Both the position numbers and the translations under genes were made by a program. A model generated the notes under the pieces. The model saw only the letters and a program-made list of their open reading frames with translations, was not told where the DNA came from and ran no database searches. A stretch of DNA of 62,686 bases, filler included, from Myxococcota bacterium (GTDB lineage Bacteria; Myxococcota_C; UBA6777), in assembly GCA_023150835.1 (NCBI GenBank). It is 7 parts of 7 records of this genome, joined end to end, with 100 filler letters (N's around TTAATTAATTAA, not from the genome) between each part and the next. Parts side by side here need not be neighbours in the genome. Positions count along the whole stretch, not along the records: positions 42,577 to 49,828 come from JAKLKB010000199.1; positions 49,929 to 62,686 come from JAKLKB010000200.1; 5 more parts are not named here. One strand, written 5' to 3'. This document shows positions 47,976 to 56,544 of the stretch, in pieces; positions within the stretch are counted from its first letter, which is position 1, and each line of letters opens with the position of its first letter.

Positions 47976-48038
47976 GCGATATTCCCTTTCCATCGAGTGC
48001 GACTCACTTCGGTAAGTCCTCTCCATACGCAAACCGTT

Positions 48039-49828
48039 CTAGGGACTCGATCGGACGACACGAAAACCAACGCCATTGTAGCGAATTGACGGTGGGCTGT
48101 GGTTGCGATAGGCTGCCCGCATCAAGTGGGCGCTCTCGTTGTATAGTCCGCCTCTGGTCACACGATCCGTTCCTGTGATCGCCCCCGTTGGATCGGTCAT
48201 GGCTTGTGTTGGGTATGACACGCTTAGCCAGTCGTATACCCATTCGTACACGTTCCCTGCCATATCATACAACCCCCATGCATTCGGCTGTTTTCCACCC
48301 ACTGGGTGCGTTGTGCCCTGTCCGTTCCCGCAATGCCACGCGATCGCGTTTGCATTTGGATCTGAACAATTCAGGTCTGTAATGCCGCCATTGTAAAAGG
48401 CCGTAGAGGTCCCTGCGCGGTAAGCATACTCCCACTCCGCTTCGGTGGGTAGCCGATAACCTAGGCACGCATAATAGCCGCCACCCGCGTATGCGGATGC
48501 TACGTCACACGATACACTTGTGCCTGAACCTGAACAAGCAAAACATTCCGCCAACCCTGCTGCTCGTGACATCGCGTTACAATAGGCTGCCGCTTCATAC
48601 CAATTCACCTTTTCTGTAGGACAGTTCCCACCACACGACGCGAAATGCGATGGGTTGTAGCCCATCCGCGTTTGAAATTCGCTTTGTGTCACTTCGTACT
48701 TGTGCATCCAAAACGATCGCGTCAACGTCACTTGGTGTTGTGTCTCGATCAACACCGACGACCGTCCCAATTCGGTCGTTGGACTCCCCATCGTGAATGT
48801 CCCTGCTTTGATCAACACTTCGTTCTGTTGAGCGGAGAGTGTGCAATTCCCGTTCACACAAACGTGCCCGCTTTTGCTGCACGCGTTCCCGCAACTTCCG
48901 CAATGTTGGCTGCTTGTTTTGGTATCCACGCAGTTACCACCGCAAAGCGTTTGACCGCTTGGACACGTACACTGACTTCCAACACAACTTTGCTGGGCTG
49001 CGCATGCGTTCCCGCAACTTCCGCAATGTTGGCTGCTTGTTTTGGTGTCCACGCAGTTACCGTTGCAAAGCGTTTGTCCGCTTGGACACGTACATTGACT
49101 CCCAACACAACTTTGTTGAACTGCGCACGCATTCCCGCAACTTCCGCAATGTTGGCTGCTTGTCTTGGTATCCACGCAACCACCGCCGCAGATCGTTTGA
49201 CCGCTTGGGCACGTACATTGACTTCCAACACAGCTTTGTTGGGATGCGCACACATTCCCGCAGCTTCCGCAATGTTGGCTGCTTGTCTTGGTGTCTACAC
49301 AACCACCGCCGCAGATCGTTTGTCCACTTGGGCAGTCGGCGACGCACTGGCTGTTAGAACAGACTTGTTGGGCTGCGCATGGCTTCCCACAACCCCCACA
49401 ATTCTGCCCATCCGATGCAAGATCCACACAACCACTGCCGCAAAGCGTTTGTCCGCTTGGGCATACGCATTGACCTCCAACGCAACTTTGCGAATTGATG
49501 CAGATATTCCCGCAACTTCCGCAGTGTTGGCTGCTTGTTTTGGTGTCCACACAACCACCACCACAGATCGTTTGCCCGCTTGGGCATACGCACTGACCTC
49601 CAACGCAACTTTGTGAATTGGTGCAGATATTCCCGCAACTCCCGCAGTGTTGGTTGTTTGCTTTTGTATCCACGCAACCCCCCCCGCAGCTTTCTCTTGG
49701 ACACTTCTTTTCTATGCACTTGATGTTTTTGACATTTCCCATCCTTGGAGGATGTCGAGAAATTGCTCGTAACCTTCCCACAGCTTCTGCCATCCGATCT
49801 TTCCGTCTCCTTTCGTATCTTGCCAGCC
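48039..49828 (-). CDS. FGE-sulfatase (SUMF1) domain protein with 42-aa Cys-rich repeats, probably 5'-truncated
   Basis: Repeats CPSGQT.CGGGCVDTKTSSQHCGSCGN.C; GTFTMGS, YRLPTEAEWEYA, NAWGLYDMAGNVYEW, GFRVVR. Confidence 0.88.
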
Positions 49829-49928
49829 NNNNNNNNNNNNNNNNNNNNNNNNNNNNNNNNNNNNNNNNNNNNTTAATTAATTAANNNNNNNNNNNNNNNN
49901 NNNNNNNNNNNNNNNNNNNNNNNNNNNN
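49829..49928. other. Artificial contig linker
   Basis: N-TTAATTAATTAA-N. Confidence 0.97.
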
Positions 49929-50254
49929 CACGGCTTTTTTGGCTACGGATCGCTCCCGTATGTGTACGCTTCCAACAGATATCGCTGCTTTAGACACCCT
50001 CTTATACGAGATCCGCTCGTTGTGTGATCGTAAAAATGTAGGGGCAGCCCCCTGTGGCTGCCCAAGAACTGGGGGGTGAGGGGTCAGAACATCGCGGATC
50101 CAACCACCTTCTCTCCAGAGCAAACCTTTTTCGCAAACCCCCTCTCATAGGCGTCAGGTTAAGCCAAGGAAAGCCCCCCGCCCTCCCCCCTTACAGGGGT
50201 ACAAAACACGAAATAGGCAGAGGATTCGCGATGTTCGGAGGCGAGGGGGAGACC

Positions 50255-50545
50255 AGCCCCGAGGGTACCTTGCGCGATTGAAAAGCAGCCCCGAGGGTAC
50301 CTCGCGTTGTGGGAAAGTACCCCTGAGGGTACCTCGCGTTGTGGAAAAGCAACTCCAAGGGTACCTTGCGCGATTGAAAAGTACCCCCGAGGGTACCTCG
50401 CGTTGTGGAAAAGCAACTCCAAGGGTATCTCGCACGGTTAAAAAGTACCCCCAAGGGTATCTCGCACGGTTAAAAAGTACCCCTAAGGGTACCTCGCACG
50501 GTTAATAAAGTACCCCTAAGGGTACCTCGCACGGTCGAAAAGCAG
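50255..50545. repeat. 32-bp modular tandem array with GTACCC-N4-GGGTAC palindrome
   Basis: AGGGTAYCT anchors at 50262, 50294, 50326, 50358, 50390, 50422, 50454, 50486 and 50519. Confidence 0.92.
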
Positions 50546-50758
50546 ATCTGGGGGGCACTTTTGCTTTCGAGCAGCAACCCCGAAGGCTGCTTTTGATCGC
50601 CGTGTGCATGGAGACAAAAGCCCCCGTGTTCGCGGCACTTCAAGCGAGAGAGTCGTTGGTGTGAAAAGCGATGCTCTCTTCGCCGATACGGGGTCAAGGG
50701 GCGACAGTCTATGGCGGGGCGTGGGGCAGAACCCCACAACACACGAGCCAACCGTATG

Positions 50759-50868
50759 ATACGATATCCGAGCGTACACAAAGGACAGTACGTACACGCC
50801 CGATTATTGGGCCCACAGGGGTCTGCCCCTACGTTTTTACGAGATCACACAACGGGCGGAGTCCGTAC
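50759..50868. mobile_element. MITE family A copy
   Basis: ATACGATATCCG...CGGAGTCCGTAC. Confidence 0.62.
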
Positions 50869-50883
50869 GATTTTGGCTCAGAA

Positions 50884-53427
50884 TCAACGGACCGAAACGA
50901 CGACCGGAGGAGAGCGAAAGCGCCCGTCAGGTGTGGTTGCAAAGATGCGGAATTGTCCACGACGCAGCGGCCAGCGCATCCGATAAGGCCAAGCCTTTCG
51001 CCCGATCTCGTGGCCGTTTGCGTACCAGATCACCGAGCCGATCGGCTTTGAGATATCGACCTCAAGAGAAAGTGTCGAATAATCCGAGGGGATCGTCTCG
51101 TCAAGGATATAGCGTGCGCCATCTGTGGGGCTACGGATACTCAGCGACAATGCGTGGGAAGAAGCGTTCTGTGTGGGCGGACAGGCGGGGCTGTAGCGAT
51201 GAGGGGGCTGCGGAAGTTGCATCAGATGCGCCCAAAGTTGATAGGCTGGTGGGACCAAGACAAAGGGGCGTTCGATCGTCTCTTTTGGGGAGCAGGTGGA
51301 CCCTGCAAGAAGGCCGTTGCGTGGGTCGATGCGCAGAGTCCGATGGAAAGGGCAACGCTTGTGGAGGTGTTTGTGGGCGGGTGGAAACCACTCTTCGACC
51401 GTTCCCGGGCATTGCGATGAAGCCGGAAATCCAGACATCGCGCAGATCATGGTGTGCTTCCATGTCGAGGGCGGTTGGGGCGGTTGGATCGGCTTTTCAG
51501 GTTCGAGGTGTTTCATCGCCTCGATCATCACCTCTCGAAAGATCAGTCCACAGCCCACTCCTCCCGATACTCGGCGCATTCGTCGCTGATCGTGGTTTCC
51601 TACCCAACACCCCACCGTCACACGATCACTAAACCCAAGCGCCCAAGCGTCCCGATGTCCTTGGCTGGTGCCTGTTTTGACTGCCGTTGGAAAAGGCAGT
51701 TCGAGAGCGCTATAACGTCCGAATGATGGGAGTCTTGCGATCGGGTCTGCAAGGATGTGGGCGACAAGCTGTGCGGCCTCTTTTGGCAACAGCTGTTCTT
51801 TGGCGAGAGGTGACGTGAGCAGATGGCCTCGCCATTGCGTCGTTGGGACGGGGCGTTGGAGACTGTCTCGCGCTTGATGAAGCCAACGCAACGGAAAGCT
51901 TTGACCACTGCGCGCAAGGACGGCGTAAGCACGGGTCAGATTCAATAGGCTTTCTGCTCCTCCCCCCAGTGCTAACCCCAGTCCGTAATATCCGGCGCTT
52001 TTGTCGTAGTGGTGCATACCGACTTTGCGCAGTTGTTGGAGGACTTCGGCGACGCCTACCTTGGCGAGCGCGTGTAATGCAGGGATATTGCGGGAATTCC
52101 CAAGCGCCACGCGCATCCGCAACGGTCCAAGCGAACGGTCGTCGTAGTTTTGGGGATGGTACGCCCCCTTTTTCCAGAGGAAAGAAGCCGAGATATCCGA
52201 TAAAAGCGTGGCACCTGTGTATTGGCGTGTTTGGATGGCTTGGGTGTAGAGAAATGGTTTGAGTGTTGAACCCGGGGCGCGTGGTGTGCGCACGTAGTCG
52301 ATGGCACCATGCTTTTCTTTGTCGAGATAAGCGTGCGATCCCACATAGGCCAGTATCTCCCCCGAACGATGGTCGATCACGATCACTGCGCCTGTTCCGA
52401 CGCCGTAAGACGTGAGTTGGGACAGATGTTGTCGCAAGATCCGCGCTGTGGATTTTTGAAGGCGCAAGTCGATCGTCGTGCGGATCGTTGCGATCTGGCG
52501 TCGAAGAGAGGGCGTGGATTGGCGTTTCCACGCAGCCGCGATCTGCTCGGTGAGATGGACGCTTTCGATAGATCGTCGGGGCTTTGGGCGCAAGTGCAAG
52601 GGATCATCCAAGGCTTCGAGATACTGGCGTTGTGTGATCAAGCCCAAGGTGTGGGCGCGTTTGAGGATACGTTGGGCGCGCTTCCACGCTTTGCGCTGGC
52701 CAGACAAGCGGAAGGGGTTGAGTTGGCTCGGAGACCACGGAAGCGCCGCAAGGAAGGCGGCTTGGGCGAGGCTGAGATCGGAGGCTGGGCGGTCGAAGTA
52801 AAGCAGAGAGGCGCGCTGAACGCCTTGAACGCGATTGCCATAGGGAGCGCGGTTGAGGTATTCGCGGAGGATGCCTTCGGCCTCCAGATCGCGCTGCAAG
52901 ACCAAAGCCCAGTACATCTCTTTGATCTTGTTGCTGTAAGTGCGCGCAGCAGGGCGCATCTGGCGAACCAACTGCATCGAAAGCGTGCTGGCCCCCGATA
53001 TCCGGCGGCCTTTGCTGGTATTGCTCCACAGCGCCCGAAGCACCGCCCACGGATCCACTCCATGATGGCGGTACAATCGGTGATCTTCGGCAGCGAGTGT
53101 CGCGATACGGATCGCTGAGGGAAGCCGATCGCCCGGAAGCCATGTGCCAAAACGATCGTTGGCAGCAGGCTCTTCGTGCATAAACCGACCGTTGCGATCT
53201 TGGATGCGCAAAGAGATCGTCCCTGCCGCAAACCAATCGTGCGGGAAGGGCTGCCACCACAACGCCACCATCAAGCCGATCGTTGCGAGTAGCGCGATAT
53301 TGATCCCCCAAACCGCCGAATATCCGCACATTCGACCGATACGCTTTTGTTTTTGGCGTTGCTTCTTCTTTTGCAAGACCTCGGGAGGTAGGGGGAGTGG
53401 AGCAGATCGCAGCGGTGATGTCGACAT
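50884..53427 (-). CDS. pbpC: Penicillin-binding protein 1C (transglycosylase-transpeptidase)
   Basis: EDHRLYRHHGVD, GASTLSMQL, EYLNRAPYG, STLK (SxxK), SRN, KTGTS, C-terminal BiPBP_C-like domain; ATG 53427 with AGGA RBS. Confidence 0.92.
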   Translation of the reverse strand: MSTSPLRSAPLPLPPEVLQKKKQRQKQKRIGRMCGYSAVWGINIALLATIGLMVALWWQPFPHDWFAAGTISLRIQDRNGRFMHEEPAANDRFGTWLPGDRLPSAIRIATLAAEDHRLYRHHGVDPWAVLRALWSNTSKGRRISGASTLSMQLVRQMRPAARTYSNKIKEMYWALVLQRDLEAEGILREYLNRAPYGNRVQGVQRASLLYFDRPASDLSLAQAAFLAALPWSPSQLNPFRLSGQRKAWKRAQRILKRAHTLGLITQRQYLEALDDPLHLRPKPRRSIESVHLTEQIAAAWKRQSTPSLRRQIATIRTTIDLRLQKSTARILRQHLSQLTSYGVGTGAVIVIDHRSGEILAYVGSHAYLDKEKHGAIDYVRTPRAPGSTLKPFLYTQAIQTRQYTGATLLSDISASFLWKKGAYHPQNYDDRSLGPLRMRVALGNSRNIPALHALAKVGVAEVLQQLRKVGMHHYDKSAGYYGLGLALGGGAESLLNLTRAYAVLARSGQSFPLRWLHQARDSLQRPVPTTQWRGHLLTSPLAKEQLLPKEAAQLVAHILADPIARLPSFGRYSALELPFPTAVKTGTSQGHRDAWALGFSDRVTVGCWVGNHDQRRMRRVSGGVGCGLIFREVMIEAMKHLEPEKPIQPPQPPSTWKHTMICAMSGFPASSQCPGTVEEWFPPAHKHLHKRCPFHRTLRIDPRNGLLAGSTCSPKETIERPFVLVPPAYQLWAHLMQLPQPPHRYSPACPPTQNASSHALSLSIRSPTDGARYILDETIPSDYSTLSLEVDISKPIGSVIWYANGHEIGRKAWPYRMRWPLRRGQFRIFATTPDGRFRSPPVVVSVR

Positions 53428-53811
53428 CGCGTCTTCCTGTGGCTTGGCATGGGTGGAATGCCCGAAGCAGGCAAAAAAGTGAGCGCGTTGCTTGTACAAA
53501 AAAGCGAACGCATCGCCTATCCACTTGGCATCTACATTCTCGACAAGAAAGAGAGATGCGCGCAAGATGGGCGTTCTGTGAATTGGTGTTGAGGCGACTT
53601 TCTGGGCTTGTTTTGGTTGGGTGGGGTGTCACCCCCAGACCCCACAAGGGACTGTCGCCCCTTGACCCCGTGTTTGGCGGAACAAACAGTGGTTTTTCAA
53701 ACTGAATGACTCTGCCGCTTGAACGCTCGCGAACGCGGGGGTTTGCTCGCAAGCCACGCCTCTTCTGTTGAAATACACGACCTGTTGTCAAACAAAAAGG
53801 AGTTGTAAGCG

Positions 53812-54183
53812 ATGCACGATTTGTTGGAATTGGGAAGGAGTTGGATCGCGATCTATGGACGCCCCGCGCTGTTCGGGATCGTCTTGGTGTGGGCCTATTG
53901 TTCGCGCTTGGTGGATCTTGCTGACGATCAAGGCAAGCGCATTCAGGAACATCTGTTCGCACCCGTGATCTTGTTGATGACGCTGGTTTGGGCGGGCGTC
54001 TGGGGCTTTGTCGTACCTGAAGCTGTGCTGTTCTTGCTCAGTCGTTCGCGTGGAATTCTTTCTCCGCTTACAAGCAAGACGCTGTGGGTGGTCGGATTTG
54101 GGGCCTACTTCTTTTGGTGGATCTGGACGATGGTGTACATCATCACTCCGTTTCGTCGGATCATGCGCAAACAGCGCCGTTAA
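53812..54183 (+). CDS. Small 3-TM membrane protein, hypothetical
   Basis: AAGGAG RBS; three hydrophobic helices. Confidence 0.7.
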   Translation: MHDLLELGRSWIAIYGRPALFGIVLVWAYCSRLVDLADDQGKRIQEHLFAPVILLMTLVWAGVWGFVVPEAVLFLLSRSRGILSPLTSKTLWVVGFGAYFFWWIWTMVYIITPFRRIMRKQRR

Positions 54184-54240
54184 AGAAAAGAACTCACAAA
54201 CAGATGGATAGGGATAAGGTGGCGGAGGCGGAAACAGGCG

Positions 54241-54810
54241 ATGGTGTTGGTGCATCTGGTGTGTGGTTGGCGTGGTGTTGGAAAGACCCGATGGATCGAA
54301 GAAAAGATCGATCGCAAGCCACAGGGAGAACGTTGGCAAGTGTGGTTTCCTGCGCAAGCCGTCGTGCGCGGGGAGTCGTTGAAAAAAGCGAACGAGCAGG
54401 TACGTTGGCGATTTTTGCCGAGCGCGTGTGCTTGCTGCACAGGGCGAGTAGCGTTTCAGGTCGCGTTTGTGCGGGCGATCCGAGAAGATCGGCCGACCTG
54501 TGTGTGGATCGAGATCGGCGCAGGAGTCGATCCACAGGGTCTCTTGGAAGTCTTGCAGGGAGAAGGCTTTCGGGAAAGTGTGCGGGTCGGGTCGGTGGTG
54601 GCGCTGGTCGAGCAGAGGCAATGGAAGCAACCGCGTTTGCAAGCACACGAAGGATATCGAGCGCATCTCGAAGCCGCCGACACGCTGTATCTGCGCAACA
54701 CGCTGGTGGCCGATACAATCGAAGAATCCGATACAATCGAAGCATGGACGGAGTTTCGCGAACAATGGCGAGGCAAACGCATCGTGATGTGGTCGGATGA
54801 AGCGATCTGA
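54241..54810 (+). CDS. Short CobW/COG0523-like P-loop GTPase domain protein
   Basis: LVCGWRGVGKT Walker A; CACC metal motif; WIE.GAG Walker B variant; lacks the CobW C-terminal domain. Confidence 0.7.
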   Translation: MVLVHLVCGWRGVGKTRWIEEKIDRKPQGERWQVWFPAQAVVRGESLKKANEQVRWRFLPSACACCTGRVAFQVAFVRAIREDRPTCVWIEIGAGVDPQGLLEVLQGEGFRESVRVGSVVALVEQRQWKQPRLQAHEGYRAHLEAADTLYLRNTLVADTIEESDTIEAWTEFREQWRGKRIVMWSDEAI

Positions 54811-54894
54811 TCGGTCGAAGGCAGGCCCACTTGTCCGAACGGGGGTGTTTTTGGCGGGGGGGTGTGGTATGTTGCGCGAGGCCGAAACAGGAAG

Positions 54895-55368
54895 ATGGAG
54901 AAGAAAGCGATGGGCAAGAAGAAAGAGGAGTGGAAGAAGATCTTGCGGGAGGCGGGTTTGCGTTCGACCGCTCCGCGTGTTGCGGTGTTGCAGCTTTTGT
55001 GTACATCGGGTCGCCCGTTGTCTCATGGCGAAGTCCTCGAAACATTGGGCCACGACGATTGGGATCAAGCCACGTTGTACCGCAACTTGCTCAAGTTAGA
55101 AGAAGCGAAACTGATCCGTGTGGCCAGCCGCGCAGGTGGGATCACTCACTACGAATACATCCAGCCGGGTGAGGAAACGCACCATCATCCGCATTTTGTG
55201 TGTGGAGATTGTGGGCAGGTCTCGTGTCTTCCGTGTGATCAAGTCAGTCTCAAGGTGGATGAAAAATGGCGAACTCTGCTTGCGGAAAGCGAACTGCAAT
55301 TTGTTGGGACTTGTACCCATTGCCGCGAAGAACGCCCACACGAAGACGTCGAAGAAGTCGAACATTAG
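54895..55368 (+). CDS. Fur-family metalloregulator (Zur-like)
   Basis: GLRSTAPR..VL, ATLYRNL, HHHPHFVCGDCG, GTCTHC. Confidence 0.9.
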   Translation: MEKKAMGKKKEEWKKILREAGLRSTAPRVAVLQLLCTSGRPLSHGEVLETLGHDDWDQATLYRNLLKLEEAKLIRVASRAGGITHYEYIQPGEETHHHPHFVCGDCGQVSCLPCDQVSLKVDEKWRTLLAESELQFVGTCTHCREERPHEDVEEVEH

Positions 55369-55432
55369 GGGATTTGGAAAAAGATCCAAAGACAAGAAGA
55401 GTCCACGGAAGGCACGGAAAACACGGAAAGGG

Positions 55433-55620
55433 GGGGGCAGAAAGAGGGGGCAGAAAGGAGGGGGCAGAAAGGGGAGGCAGAAAGAGGAGGCNNNNNNNNN
55501 NNNNNNNNNNNNNNNNNNNNNNNNNNAAAGAGGAGGCAGAAAGAGGAGGCAGAAAGAGGAGGCAGAAAGAGGAGGCAGAAAGAGGAGGCAGAAAGAGGAG
55601 GCAGAAAGAGGAGGCAGAGG
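55433..55620. repeat. 13-bp polypurine tandem repeat (AAAGAGGAGGCAG)n spanning a 35-N gap
   Basis: At least 7 perfect copies after the gap and degenerate copies before it. Confidence 0.9.
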
Positions 55621-55657
55621 GGATCTCGTATTCGCGGAGGTTGGTGGAGGATTGGAG
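55621..55657. repeat. Exact 37-bp duplicate of the trxC 3' end (55695-55731)
   Basis: GGATCTCGTATTCGCGGAGGTTGGTGGAGGATTGGAG occurs twice. Confidence 0.9.
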
Positions 55658-55689
55658 ACTTGGAGCCTTCAAACTCTACTAGCACAGAG

Positions 55690-56148
55690 TTAGAGGATCT
55701 CGTATTCGCGGAGGTTGGTGGAGGATTGGAGCCAGCGTTCCATTTGAGAGAGCGGGAGAGCGCCTGTCTGTCGGTTGATCTCGCGGCCCTGTTGGAAGAG
55801 CGCGAGGGTGGGGAGTGCTTGGATCCCGTATTGTTGAGCGATGGACGCTTCGTTGTCAGTGTTGACTTTGGCGATGAGGATCTGGCCGGCGTATTTTCGG
55901 GCCAGTTGTTCGAGTACGGGAGCGACACTGCGACACGGGCCACACCAAGGCGCCCAAAAGTCTACGAGGATAGGGATATCGCTGTTTTGTAGGACGCTTG
56001 CGAAGTTGGTGTGATCGAGTTTTTGCACCGCGCCCAGATCAAGGGGGTTGTGGCAGCGGCCACACGTTGCGTTGGTTTTACTGGTCTTTACGCGGTTTTT
56101 TTGCCCACAAGACGGGCAGATCCAGATGGCTTGTTTGGCTTGTTGCAT
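55690..56148 (-). CDS. trxC: Thioredoxin 2 with N-terminal zinc finger
   Basis: CPSC...CGRC zinc finger plus VDFWAPWCGPC. Confidence 0.93.
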   Translation of the reverse strand: MQQAKQAIWICPSCGQKNRVKTSKTNATCGRCHNPLDLGAVQKLDHTNFASVLQNSDIPILVDFWAPWCGPCRSVAPVLEQLARKYAGQILIAKVNTDNEASIAQQYGIQALPTLALFQQGREINRQTGALPLSQMERWLQSSTNLREYEIL

Positions 56149-56544
56149 AACCGATCCTTTCTTGGCGCAGAGAAACTCCGCACATCGTGCTCAAGATGAG
56201 AAGTGACGCGACCGACGAAAACCCCCGTGTTCGCGTTATTTCGAGCGGCTGTGCTGTTGGTTTGAAAAACGTCTGTTTGTCTCGCCGATACGGGGTCAAG
56301 AGAGACGTGTTCTCTTTTGGGGTGCAGGGCAACGCCCCATAAATCTATCCCACGAGCCACTCCTATCGGGCTTCGTAGAACGATGTTGTTTGTGGAGAGC
56401 CGCTGCGGATGAAAAAAGTTGTAAAGCCGTAGAAGAAAAAGTCAACGCCGAAGGGGCGATGTGGAGAAGAGGCTTGTTTTGTGGGGGGGGATGGCCTAAG
56501 CCTTGTTGGATGATTCCAAGGACGAACAGGACGGAGGATCGAGT

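Noticed and set aside
48039-48160. DGR target region at the FGE-sulfatase C-terminus
   Set aside because: The domain type fits, but no template repeat or reverse transcriptase is visible in the window.
7947-49928. Repeated TTAATTAATTAA motif as a biological element, and operons spanning it
   Set aside because: It is an artificial six-frame stop linker inside N runs joining contigs.
50255-50545. CRISPR array
   Set aside because: The variable parts are about 10 nt and recur, the period is too short, and no cas genes are present.
50884-53427. pbpC without an adjacent alpha-2-macroglobulin gene as a novelty
   Set aside because: The partner can be encoded elsewhere and the assembly is fragmented.
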